Shown here: in pieces, positions 22,746 through 34,733 of the stretch
Numbering within the stretch: the first letter of the stretch is position 1
Layout: every line of letters begins with the position of its first letter
Assembly: GCF_018977255.1 (NCBI RefSeq)
Contig: NW_024705403.1
Coordinates: 1-47,909 of the forward strand
Source of the DNA: Callorhinchus milii
Lineage: Eukaryota
Direction: 5' to 3'
DNA length: 47,909 nt
Translations under genes and position numbers: made by a program
Notes under the pieces: model-generated
The model's input: only the letters and a program-made list of their open reading frames with translations
The model's database searches: none
Told to the model about the DNA's origin: nothing

Positions 22746-23389
22746 TAATGTCCACTTCCACGATGTGAAAGGCGCTAACTATATAAATGTCAATTGTATT
22801 ATAAAGGCGCTTTTCTAATCTCTCCTTTACATTCCTGTTTGTGGTTCCTATGTCTCAAACTAAGAAGACATAACGAGAGGAAATCTATTCAGCAGAACTC
22901 TTCATAAGCTTGAATATCTCCATCACAACCACAGCTTCCTTTAATCTCTGAGCTGCAAAACAAAATGCTTTATGATCAGTAGGTTATGAGTTCAAGAGTA
23001 GCTTCCCCAGGTCTCAACCGAGATTGAGATTAAATTCGGACAAGGGGAAGTGATATAGAACAGAGAGAACTCGCCTGAAACTTCCGTGGTATAGGAGGGA
23101 GCGGTTCACGTTTTCTGTGTGTTTTTTTTACAGCATTTCATGTCTTGGCGCAGATGGCAAGGCTGGCACACATTTTGCATTTCCACAGAAATGCACTTGA
23201 ACCAGGTCAGAGCAGTCCACCTCCCAGCCAAGCAGTTATCAAGTGAGACTGGCAGCATCGGTTCTACTTTCAGCCACAAATATACAATCAATTCACTTTA
23301 TAGTATATTCTGTGAAGCGCTTTGAGACGTCTCGAAGACATAAAAAGCACTATATCAAATGCAAGGATTATTATTATTTCTACTGGAGT

Positions 23390-24165
23390 AGATATGACAG
23401 AGGAGATATGATAGAGAGATTTTAGAATCTGGAGGAATATGGGCTGGTAAATAGAGAACCGCTGTTTCTTTCAGTTAGAGAAAGGATAACAAGAGAAGGG
23501 CCCCTTCTCAGGATTGTTAACAGAAGAATTGGGGAGAGGTTAGAAGGTATTTCTTGGAGGTCTAGTAAGAAATGGCATTCATTCCCACAAGTGGCTGTTG
23601 AGGCCCGATCAGTAGGATTGTTCAAAAGGGAACTGGATTAGCAGCTGAGCAGTACAAGTGGAGTTATGAGGCTCAGTGGTTTGAGCCATTCCCTCACAAG
23701 TGAGAGGACCCGGGTTCTGCAGCTCAGTGGTTGGAGGCCTCACTTCACAAGTGAGAGGACCCGGGTTCTGTAGCTCAGTGGTGAGCGCACTTGCCTCGAT
23801 AATAAGAGAACTGGGTTTGATTCCTGAAATGTTGAGCAGGTTTCCTTACTCCACACGCCTCTGTTTTCCAAGCAGTAAATAGGAACCCGCTTGTTAGTCG
23901 TTTGGCGGATCACTTTTTTTGAGGTAATAATCCCTTAATAATAACGTTGACACTCAATGGACTGCTGCGTTTCACCCACAAAATATACAGTCAGTTCAGT
24001 TTACAGTATGTTCTGTGAAGCTCTTTGAGACGTTCCAACAGTGATCAGGCGGTATATCATATGCAAGGATTATTATTATTACAAATCTTAGAGAAAGTGA
24101 AATTAATAATAGAATGGAACAGACGCGATGGGTTGAATGGCCTTTTTCATTGCTAAACATTTCTG
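23390..24165 (+). mobile_element. Old CR1 3' end interrupted by a SINE (23660-24080)
   Basis: agaggagatatgatagagagattt, tggcattcattcccaca, ttcaaaagggaactggat; resumes after the SINE at gatgggttgaatggcctttt. Confidence 0.65.
23660..24080 (+). mobile_element. SINE, long subfamily, with triplicated tRNA head
   Basis: Three gctcagtggt A-box units spaced ~50 nt apart precede the normal body. Confidence 0.85.
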
Positions 24166-24460
24166 TTTAATCAGACAAACCAAAAGCCAGTTGAGAAAGA
24201 GCGGGGAGCGGGCGGAAAAAAAGGTCAAAGTTAATCGTTTTGCATCTTCAAAGAATTGTTTGGCATGTTTCACCAGAGTGCAAGAGTGAGCTGCCACACT
24301 GCACAGGCACTCGTTCAGTGCAATTGATGTGTTTTTTCTCCCTTTCTGCAGAATACCTATTTTTGCCAGGGGTTGAGATGACTAATCTGGCAGGTGAGGA
24401 GGAGACTGTGAGCGAGATGGGTAAACTAGTGCAGTACACTGGCATCTGAAAGTATTGATT

Positions 24461-24817
24461 ATAATAATAATCCTTGCATTTGATACAGCGCCTTATCATT
24501 GAGATGCCTCAAAGAGCTTCACACAATGTACTATAAAGTGGATTGTCTGTGTATTTTGTGGATGAAATATGACAACCAATTGCGACCAGCAGTGTCCCAC
24601 AAACAGTCGTGGGTTGAGTGACCTAATTTTTTTTAAAGAGATTATTACCCCCAGGAAGCAATCCACCATTCGACTAACAACTGGGTTCCTACTTACTAGG
24701 TATACAGAGTCTTGTGATGTAAGGCTACTTGTCTAAGATTTCACCCTGCCCAGGAATCGAACCCGGGTCCTCTCTCTTGCAAGGCGAGCGCACTAACCAC
24801 TATGTTGTGGGACTCCA
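24461..24817 (-). mobile_element. SINE, long subfamily, full length
   Basis: Tail through head (ggaatcgaacccgggtcc...cactaaccac...ggactcc). Confidence 0.88.
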
Positions 24818-25199
24818 TTTGCCTTGAAGATCCTTACACTTTTTTGTTCCAATGCCTTTCCCCACCACATGTTTGTCTGTGGTTCTACTCCCTCGTCACA
24901 ACTGAGCCAACTCAGATCTGCTCCTTGTCCTCTTCCCCGCCAAATGAGATTTTATCCGCTTTACCCTGCTCATTGGAACTCTCTCTGAAAGTCCCTCCAC
25001 CTTGCTCTCTTGTCACTTTCAAACTAATCTAATATCCTATCTCTGATTGCATTTTTGATACCGTTGGGGGGAACAAAATGAGTTTCTCTTGGGATTGGGG
25101 CCAAAAATCCTCCAGATAAATTGGTCATTCATTTCATTGCTGTTTGTGGAATCTTTCTTTAAATGTGTGTGTATATGTGTGCGACTATCCTCCTTAGGG

Positions 25200-25797
25200 A
25201 GGGAGGGGTCCATGGGGCTGAACTGGCCCCACGGTGATGTGCCCGGTACCGCAATGTGGGAATGGAGCCCTCCCCTCTGTGCCGGTCTCCAGTCCGGGTC
25301 CTGAGCCGGGAGGGGCCGCAGGACTCCAGGGCACTCACTGCTGATGGCAGCACAGCCCGGCCGGGCTCATCAGCAGGACCTGGAAGGGCCGACCAGTCCC
25401 TGGGGGCCGGGAATCCTCCCCTCAGCCCCTGGTGACCTGCAGCCAAAGCCCTAACGGGGAGGGAGAGTGGTCCTAGCCAGACAAGCAGTGGGAAAGCTTG
25501 GCCACACAGCGCTCTCAATGGCAAGCTGTGTGGGTTTAGCTGGTTAGAATACAGCAGTTAACCCAACACACACTCTGGGCTCCCCCAAGCCTTGCTGTTG
25601 CCAACCTGCGCCTAATACCCTCCAGAATTAGGTAAAGAGGATACATCCCTCTGGGGTGAGAGAGCACATCCATTCCAATCATCTTAACTCCTGGATTTCC
25701 AAGTAGAGGTGTATGCAGATCTCACTTTGGGTTAGGTTCCCTTAAGCCTGGGGAAGGGTTTCCGCATTTGTCAAACCCCTAGCTGACCAAAAAAAAC
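25200..25797 (+). repeat. Unclassified dispersed repeat, copy 2 (longest, GC-rich, A-rich 3' end)
   Basis: Reverse complement aligns to 10409-10800 and 43415-43790; the 5' boundary is uncertain. Confidence 0.75.
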
Positions 25798-27288
25798 TAC
25801 AAAAACAGTGGCTCCACTTGACAGCATTTCCACTGAAGAGCTTTGATTAGTTTTGTTGTGATAAGCTGCTCTACATGTGGAAATTCCTATTTTCTACAAA
25901 ACTTTAGCAAACGCAGTTTCTGTTGTTTCTGGAGAGATCAGATGTGGTCTGTGTTGTGGATCACACACACCCTCCTGTTTAATTCTGGCACGTTATGAGC
26001 CTCAGCTGAGAACCAGGAACAAGGTAAAGCAGACTCCACGATCCTTCAAAGCGGTGCGCGGACTCGGTAGCAGACCAACATTACAGCCTGTTATTCATTC
26101 CCATGGCCTCAGCATCACAGAAGTCCAGTGTTCCATCAGCACTTGGAGCCTTTAATTTAGCTCTGAATGCCATATTCATCCATTTCTCTTTAAAACATTT
26201 CATTAACAAAATCATGAGCTGGGTTTGGGTGGAATCTGTTCCTCGGGGACGTAGGGGCAAGTTTAGCCTTTAGCTTGTTCTGCAGTTTAGTTTATTACAG
26301 TTGGTGTAGAATACAGTGAGCTCCTGGCTGGGTTTTGGTCAGTGCACAACCACACTGATACTATTGTTAGATTTTTCCCTCTGCCCATGCCTTTCTCTTT
26401 CTCCTATATTATTATTATCTCCTCCCCATCTTTCCTCCTCCTCATCTTTCATCCTCTCCCTCCAGTTTTGCATAAAAGAGGATTTGAGTGATGACCAGGA
26501 GATGCTAAGTTATCACTAGATCTTCCACCTTTGTTGTGTGACTGTGCGAGCTCTCCCATTATACGCAGGGGATAATAATCCTTGCATTGGACATAGTACT
26601 TTTCACGTCTTCAGAGATTCAACTCTTGAGGAAAAATCACCAGAGTGAATTGTCCAGTCGAGGTTGTGAGCATCTGCAGACCACTCCATCATCACAGAAA
26701 TACAACTATCAAGCCGAGAAGTTGGGGAGCACGTGACTCCCTCCTCTGTAAAGTTAGTCATCTGGATCTCTGTTACTTAAATAATAGCAGTAAAATGCTT
26801 TGCGTAATTGGCTGCCTTGTTTCGCCCACAAAATACACCCAGTCCACTTTGCAGTATATCCTGTGAAGCACTTTACAAGAATTATGATTACAATCTCAAA
26901 ATGCCAAAAGCACCGTAGGCTAATGGACTGGCACGTGTCCTGCATAGATCAGCAGTGAATATTTTACATTTGTGAGCTTAAACAATGTAGAAGCTGATGA
27001 TGTTCCCCCAAAGGTCTAGTAATTAAAGAAAGTTTCCAGTGTATCACTGAGGCACACAGGCCAGGTCACAGTTTAAGATCCTGGTCTGCACTGATTTAGC
27101 TGATGTAAGGATGATTATTATCAGCCGGGGTGGGGGGCGGGGGGGTGAGGCAAGTGGGTTAGGGAGACCCAGCAAGTGTTTCTCTTATATGAGACCACAC
27201 CTCTCCACTCCCAAGACTGGAAAGCAGATCAAGTTTGACTGAAATGCCCCCCACAGAATGGAGTCTAGCCCCCACAAGCTAACGTCTG

Positions 27289-27866
27289 TGGGGTCCTCTA
27301 ACGTAGTGGTTAGAGCACTCACCTCGCAACTAAGAGGTCTTGGGTTTGATTCCCGGCAGGGCGAAATGTTGGGCAAGTTTCCTTGCTCCACACACCTCTG
27401 TTTACCTAATGGTAAGTAGGAACCCGGTTGCTAGAGATAATAATAATATTCCTTGCATTTGATATAGCGCTTTTCACGTCGGGAGGACGTCTCAAAGCGC
27501 TTCACAGAACACACTGTAAAGTGAATTGACTGTATATTTGTGGGCGAACGCGGCAGCCAATTGCACACAGCAATGTCCCACAAACAGTCGTGGATTGAAA
27601 ATGACCAATTTATTATTGCTTTGGTGTATTATTGTGTTGGTGTATTGCTTTTCTGGGGTTAATAATCCTTTTAAAAATATATATAATAAATTTGGTCACG
27701 CAATCCATGAAGGTTTGTGGGACACTGCTGTGCCGAATTGGCTGCTGCGTTTCACCTATAAAATATACAGTCAATTAACTTCACAGTATATTTTATGAAG
27801 AACTTGGAGATGTCTCATCGATGTGATAAGGTGCTATATCAAATGCAAGGATTATTATTATTATTG
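27289..27866 (+). mobile_element. Long-subfamily SINE split by a nested antisense young SINE (27437-27620)
   Basis: The outer copy stops at aacccggttgctag and resumes at ttgcttttctggggttaataatcc; the inner piece matches 1403-1580. Confidence 0.87.
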
Positions 27867-28784
27867 TTAGTCACTTGGACAACGTCCTGGAGGCCAAAAC
27901 GAGCAGGAATTGAAGAGAAAGAGGGAGTCAGGATTCACAAAAGACTTAAAGGAACCCTGACTGTCGAAACGTCCTCAGGTTCTAACAGCTGAAGGTGGCA
28001 GCTGCTCCATCGTGGCCGGAAGTGGTTTGTGCGTCTCTCAGCCTCTTCATTATACCCATTCATCCATCTGCCTGCCAGATGAAATGTGCAGATTTGTGCT
28101 AAAACCTTAAAGGGCCATTAAAGTGTGAGTCCACAGTGAACTCTCGGGGGCCCAACGGTGTGTGTGTGTGTGGGGGTGGGGGGGCATGGGCGGGAGGAGG
28201 GAGAAGAGCAAGTTCATTTCCTCTCTTCCTGTTACTCTTCTCTCTTTTTGTCTTTTTCTCTCTCATTGCCCTTTCCTCAGGAAATGTTTCTTTGCAAAAT
28301 AGTCCTTCCTTCCCTTGTTCTCCCTCTCAACACCCTGCAGTGACTGTCTTTGAAGCTCATTGATGGCTGTTCTATTAATGATCAGCCCTGTCCCCCCCAG
28401 CACTGTGTTCATTGAATGCTAACATTTGTGGTTGCAGCTGCCTCAGTTACTTGTTGTCCAGGGTTGTGTCTGTCGTCAGGAGCTGTCTGGCTCCAGCCAC
28501 AGTGGCTTAACATCATGGCTGTGAAGAAGCTTTGCTTTTGCATTCCTGATCTGACCCATTACTGTTCCTGGATTTCATCCACATCTCCCATCTGCCTGCC
28601 TCTGTCCGTTTCTCTGCACCCTTGCCAGCTTCCGATAATATTTTGAACTGTCTTCATACGATACACTGTGTGGCACAGAACATGAGCTCAAGTCTTGGCT
28701 GACACTGCAACGCAATACTGCAGGAGTGCTGTAAATGCTTCGGATGAGATCGGTGCATTTCATTTAGTCCTGAAATGCCGAGGA

Positions 28785-28950
28785 TTGAGACATAGGAACA
28801 GGAGTAGGTTATTCAGCCCCTCAAGCCTGTTCCACCATCCTATAAGATCATGGCTGATCTGTACCTCAGCTCCCAATTACCCGCCCTTGCCCCATATCCC
28901 TGGTTACTCTGCCCTAACAAACCTATCCACCTCAGTCTGGAAAATGTGAG
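28785..28950 (-). mobile_element. CR1 3' tail
   Basis: cataggaacaggagtaggttattcagcccctcaagcctgttccacca...atcatggctgatct. Confidence 0.75.
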
Positions 28951-28974
28951 TGGATCCAGCATCCTGATTGCCGT

Positions 28975-29375
28975 GATGGAAGAGTTGGACTATGAGGAGC
29001 AATTAAGTAAACTGGACATGTTCATGTTAGAAGAGAGAAGGTTTAAAGGCAATAGGATTGCCATTTTTACGATTCCAAAGGGACTAGATAATGTAGAGCT
29101 GTTTTATCTTGTCCAGAACAGTAGAACCAGAAGGCGCCTGCGATTGAAGGGTAATTTCAAAACAAATCTACGGAAACACTATTTCAGTGAGCGAGTAGTA
29201 ATTGTATGGATATGCTCCCTAGTGAGATGGTGGAAGATAGATTTCTGTTAGGAAATAATATGTTGGGATATAATGTATAGTTTGGGACACGACATGTGCA
29301 AGCGGCTGCCAGGATGGTGAAAGGTGAACTGCATGAACCCATGAACTGTAGTCTAGCAATTCTTACGTTCTTAAT
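28975..29375 (+). mobile_element. Old CR1 ORF2 C-terminus and 3' UTR
   Basis: ORF track MEELDYEEQLSKLDMFMLEERRFKGNRIAIF...FKTNLRKHYFSERVVIVW is a typical CR1 C-terminus. Confidence 0.8.
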
Positions 29376-29489
29376 TCCTGTGCACAATTGGGCCGACCGT
29401 TTGGCTACACTTCATAGTAGATCCTGTGAAGAGCTTTGAGATGACCTCCCGACGTGAAAAGTGCTATAACAAATGCAAGGCTATTATGT

Positions 29490-29730
29490 TAAATCGGTTT
29501 TGTCTGTCTGTTCAGGTGAATGTTAAAGATCCCGCAATGCTATTGGGAAAAGAGCAGGGAATTTCTCCCGGTGACCTGGCCGACAGTTCCCTGGGTGAAT
29601 TACCCATTCAATTCATGACTATTTCTGGAACTTTGCTACATGCAAATCACTGCCATATCAGCCTACAAAGTTAATGATTACTTGGGAAGTGCTTCGAGTT
29701 GTGATAACATGCTATAAAATCACGTTCTTT
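29490..29730 (+). mobile_element. Deu-type SINE relic (core plus tail)
   Basis: ttcaggtgaatgttaaagatcccgcaatgctattgggaaaagagcagggaatttctcccggtgacctggccgaca resembles the recalled Deu domain. Confidence 0.65.
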
Positions 29731-29964
29731 TCAAATTGTTTGAAACAGAGTTACGGGGAGGTTAACCAGGAAGGATCACTGACATCAGGATTCTGGATAT
29801 TTTAAGAAATAGTTTGATGCTGCAGTGGAAGGTGGTGGATTGGGGATTTATGAAGGATGAGAGGTTGGCTGAAGGGTGTCTTTCACTGAATCTCTCTGGT
29901 GATCCTAATTCTCCCCCTCCTTCCTATTCAAACTGCTTGTCCGGGCAAATTAGTTTTTATTAAT

Positions 29965-30280
29965 CAGCCGATCACGTAAATGGACATAGAAGCAATTGCC
30001 ATAGATTACATGCTGGCCATTCACCTTGGGAACCCGGTTTCCAATCCAGCTCTGTCTGATATGATCAAAGTTCTCTCTGTCTGACTGAAATTAGTTTGGG
30101 ACCATCAAACTTAACCCGATTCTTAGTGGCTGCGGATTTGCTGCACAAAGCCTTTAATTCACCAGTATATTGGCACGCTCATCCCTAGACCAAGGGGAGT
30201 TGGCGTGGGAAATGGAAAAATATCTCACTGAGCACTGGTTGGGATTGTGTAGAGGGAAATTTGCTCAGTATCTTATCCTC
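29965..30280 (+). mobile_element. LF-SINE-like relic
   Basis: ctggccattcaccttgggaacccggtttccaatccagc...aaagttctctctgtctg...tgaaattagtttgg...ttcttagtgg...cacaaagcc...attggcac, collinear with the recalled LF-SINE consensus. Confidence 0.5.
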
Positions 30281-30802
30281 AAGATATAAGGCAGCCACCA
30301 GAAGAGCAAAACGAAAGTTTAAGAAAATAATTTTTCATACGTAGAATGTTGGGCTGTGGATTCTCCTGACGATGAAGGTGGCAGCGGCAGAGCTTATTGG
30401 GTTTAAAAGGGAAATACAGATATATGAAAGTTAGAGACTTGAAGGTGTGTGTGGATAGGGCAGAGCAGTGGGAATGAAAATAAAGACACTTGAATGAACA
30501 CATAAATGAAAAGGAAAAATTTCCAAGTCTATGGGAAAAGAGCAGAGGAGTGGGATTAGCTGTGCAGCTCCTTCAAACAGCCGGTGCGGGCATGGTGAGG
30601 GGATGGCCTCCTGCGAGATTCCAAGGTCGAAAATCTCTGAATATATTGTAATGTGATTTCCGCCAGTTTAGCTGCGCTGTCAGACAGGAACCTGTTACAC
30701 TGTGATTCAGCAATCGCAAGATACCAGTCACAGAATTACACGGCACAGAGGGAGGCCATTCGGCCCATCGTATCTGTGCTGCTCTTTGACAAAAGCTCCC
30801 AA

Positions 30803-31532
30803 ATCAACCCCACTCCCCCCGCGCTCTCTCTCCCCACAGCCCTGATCAACCCCACTCCCCCGCTCTCTCTCTCCCCCCACAGCCCTGATCAACCCCACTC
30901 CCCCGCGCTCTCCCCATAGCCCTGATCAACCCCACTCCCCCGCTCTCGCCCCATAGCCCTGATCAACCCCACTCCCCCGCTCTCTCCCCACAGCCCTGAT
31001 CAACCCCACTCCCCCGCTCTCTCCCCATAGCCCTGATCAACCCCACTCCCCCCGCGCGCGCTCTCTCCCCACAGCCCTGATCAACCCCACTCCCCCCGCG
31101 CGCTCTCTCTCTCTCCCCACAGCCCTGATCAACCCCACTCCCCCGCTCTCTCTCTCTCTCCCCCACAGCCCTGATCAACCCCACTCCCCCGCTCTCTCCT
31201 CCCCACAGCCCTGATCAACCCCACTCCCCGCTCTCTCCCCATAGCCCTGATCAACCCCTCTCCCCATAGCCCTGATCAACCCCACTCCCCGCGCTCTCCC
31301 CACAGCCCTGATCAACCCCACTCCCCCGCGCTCTCCCCATAGCCCTGATCAACCCCACTCCCCCGCGCTCTCCCCATAGCCCTGATCAACCCCACTCCCC
31401 CGCGCTCTCCCCATAGCCCTGATCAACCCCACTCCTTCGCGCTCTCCCTATAGCCCTGATCAACCCCACTCCCCCGCGCTCTCCCTATAGCCCTGATCAA
31501 CCCCACTCCCCCGCGCTCTCCCTATAGCCCTG
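30803..31532 (-). repeat. Minisatellite in CR1 3' UTR (same unit as 9768-10295, opposite strand)
   Basis: Tandem agccctgatcaaccccactcccccgcgctctccccat units with a variable (CT)n tract. Confidence 0.95.
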
Positions 31533-31887
31533 CAAACTTGATCTCCCCAAATAATTATCTACTCCCTATACCCAAGTCCAGGTCATTTATATAGATCACA
31601 AACAGCAGTGGCCCCAATACCGACCCCTGGGGGACACCACCGCACACTTCCCTCAGTCAGAAAAACAGCCGTTCATCACCACTCTCTGCTTTCTGTCTCC
31701 CAGACAGTTCTGTATCCGCTGAACTGTCCCTTTAAGGGCTTCTATTTTGCTGACAAGTCTCTTATGTGATACTTTATCAAACGCGTTTGGAAAATCCATG
31801 TAAACTACATCAACGGCACAGACTCGATGGGCCGAATGGCCTCGTTCTGTCCGTAACATACTATGAATAACATTCTATGAAAAAACT

Positions 31888-32206
31888 GGAGTCCTGTAGC
31901 TCAGTGGTTAGACCACTCGCCTCACAAGTGAGAGACCCGGGTTCAATTCTTGACAGAGTGAAACTTTGGGCAAATTTCCTTACTCCACACACCTGATAGT
32001 AATCCCTCAAGAAAAAAAACAATAATAATTTGGTCACTCAATCCATGATTGTTTGTGGGACACTGCTGTGCGCAATTGGCTGCTGAGTTTTGCCCACAAA
32101 TGTACAGTCAAATCACTTTACAGTATATTCTGTGAAGCGCTCTTGAGACGTCTAGAAAACGTGATAAGGCGCTATATCAAATACAAGGATTATTATTATT
32201 ATTATT
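31888..32206 (+). mobile_element. SINE lacking the middle segment but with the older tail, nested in CR1 RT
   Basis: ggagtcctgtagctcagtggttag head; tail gagacgtctagaaaacgtgataaggcgc. Confidence 0.9.
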
Positions 32207-33450
32207 AATTGCACCACCTTCACCCTCTCCATCACCTCATAAAAAACCTGTCTGGTTTGTTAGGTACGATTTGTCTAACAAATCCGTATTGCCTTTCCTT
32301 TATTAACACATTTTTCTCAGTGATTATTTTGTCTCGGATTACAGTTTCCCCATTACTGACGTGAGGCTGACTGGCCGTAGCTCCCGGGTTTATCTTCTGC
32401 CCCTTTTTGTACAGGGGAGTAACATTTGCAACTCTCCAGTCTTTTGGCACCAACCCCGGTGTCCGAGGAGGATTGAAAGATTGTGGCCGGAGCCTCTGCT
32501 CTTTCCACCCTTCCTTTCCTCAGTAACCTGGGATGCAGCCCGTCCGGACCGGGTGACTTATCTACCTTGAACACCGTCAACTACTTTAGTCCTTCCTCTC
32601 GGTTTATTCTTATCCAAATTCTTTCCCCTCTCCAATACTGTGGTATTGGCTGCATTCCTCTTCCTTTGTGAAGACAGATGCAATCTGTCTGCCTCCACAA
32701 GAAGGTTTCCTCTTTGGTCCCTAATTAGACCCCCGTACCTTTGACTAACCTTTTATTCTGTATTTGCTTATAAAATACCTCAGGGTTGGTTCCCTTTTAT
32801 GTTACCCGCTAATCGTTTCTCATACAATCTCTTTGCCCCTCTTATTTCCTTTCTCAGTTCTCCTCTGTACTTTTTATATTCTATTTTATTAATCTTCTGT
32901 ATTTTGGACCTGACATTTATCATAAACCTCCCTTTTCTGTTTTATTTTAATCCCAATTTCCTTATCCATCCAGGGGTTTGGATGCCCTCCTTTCCCCTTT
33001 GTGGGAATGTATTTATTCTGTCCCCGAACTATCTCCTCCTTGAAGGCTTCCCATTGCTCGTTAGCTGTTTACTGCCAATCTTCCTCTCCAGTCCACCTGT
33101 TTAACTCAGTGAAATTAGCCTCTTCCAGTTGAGTATCTTCACCTTTGATTGTCCCTTTCCATAAGTTCTCTAAACCTAATGATGTTGTGATCACTGTTGT
33201 CCAGATGCTCTCCCACTGAAAGCTGCTCCACTTGCCCCACTTCATATCCCAGAACTAAATCCAGTACTGCCCCTCCTTTGCCTCCTTCAAGATCCATCTC
33301 AAGAACCTCCTCTCGACTGTGCCTTTGAACTCCCTGCTCCCCCCCTGCCCTCCATCAATATTGACACCCTGCCCCGCTTACCTTTTTCCCTTCCCTATCC
33401 CTCCTGAATACATTGTACCCAGGAATATTCAACTCCCATTCTTGCCCTTG

Positions 33451-33786
33451 GCCTCGCCCCACCCTACCTCTGCGACCTACTAACCCCCTACCCACCCGCC
33501 CATTCCCTCCGCTCAGCCGGCTCCGGCCTGCTCCATGTCCCCCCGACCCACCTGCAGCACCGCGAGAGAGAACCTTCAGCCACTCTGCCCCCAACCTCTG
33601 GAATTCCATTCCCCAGTCACTCGCCCCCTCCTTTGCCTCCTTCAAGTCCCACTTCAAGACCCTCCTCTTCGACCATTCCCTTCCCTTCCCCAACCACAGC
33701 TCGGGTCTGAAATGCTGTACACTGTCCAGCGCCTTTGAACATCCTCCCGACATGAAAGGCGCCATACAAATGTAATCTTGTTGTTG
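33451..33786 (+). mobile_element. L2 3' end inserted into the CR1 endonuclease region
   Basis: RTFSHSAPNLWNSIP...FKSHFKTLLFD plus tail catcctcccgacatgaaaggcgccataca; splits CR1 TWLKQ|GQEWELNIPGY. Confidence 0.88.
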
Positions 33787-34286
33787 TTTGAGCCAAGTCT
33801 TCGTTGGTGCCACTACACCATAACCCCATGTGGCAACTTGAGCCGCAGATCACCAACCTTATTTGTCACTCCAGCATTTACGCACATGCACTCCAAGACC
33901 AACTTAGCCTGCTCTGAATTTCCTCCCTGTCTACTCCCTCCTTTTTCTGGATTACCCCGAATTACATTGCTATTCATCTCTCCCAGCCCTCTATGTAATT
34001 AGTTTAAACCCTTCCCCACAGAACTACTTAACCTCCCTGCGAGAACATTGGTCCCAGCCCTGTTCCCACTTGCCCCAATGATCCAGGAACCTGAAGCCCT
34101 CCTTTCTGCACCATTTCTCCAACCGTGCATTCATGTGTTTGATCTGTTGTTTTGATACTTAATAATAATAATAATAATACTTACTTGCATGAGGCACTGG
34201 GAGTAATCCAGAGATCACCACCTTTGTGGTTCTAGTGTTTCCCTAGCTTCTGAAACTGTTCCTGTAGGATCTCAGCCCTTTTATCC

Positions 34287-34733
34287 CTACGTCATGGATC
34301 CCAACATGGACCATGACTTCTGGATGTTCCCCTTCCCCCTGTAGAATATTTTGCACCCGTTCCATGATGTCTTCAACCCTGACACCAGGAAGGCAGCATA
34401 CCATGCGAGAGTCATACCGTTGGGTTTCTGCACTGCCAGTCCCCTCTTCCTACCATCCCGGGTGGTCACCCACTCACTCTGCTTCTGAACCCTCTGTGGC
34501 TGTGGGGTGACCATCACCTGAAAGGTTCGATCCGTGAACGGTTCAATCTCCCGTATGCTATGTAGTGCCTCCAGCCTCTCCTCGAGCTCAGAAACTCCGA
34601 GCTCCAGCTCGAGCAGCCGGAGGCACTTCCTACACACGTGTCTGTGCAGGGAAAACAAAGCATCCTGGAGTTCCCACATGGTACATATTGTGCATGGAAC
34701 TGACCTCAGCTGTCCTGCCATGTTCCCAGACAT
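34287..34733 (-). pseudogene. CR1 ORF1 remnant (zinc finger/leucine zipper, frameshifted into SGNH-esterase remnant)
   Basis: MAGQLRSVPCTICTMWE...HVCRKCLRLLELELGVSELEERLEALHSIRE; the esterase motifs continue in another frame. Confidence 0.8.

Noticed and set aside
23134..23205. Acceptor-like tttttttacag followed by CAG|GTCAGA
   Set aside because: Weak donor and unrecognisable peptides in the open frames; cannot be supported without RNA data
25338..25376. CTGATGAG plus stem on the minus strand, hammerhead-like
   Set aside because: The stem is followed by TGTG rather than the required GAAA
26370..26520. Long polypyrimidine tract ending CCAG
   Set aside because: No downstream donor and early stops; probably low-complexity sequence
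28494..28525. CACAGTGGCT, resembling miR-27
   Set aside because: The seed and 3' half do not match, and the hairpin is too short for a pre-miRNA
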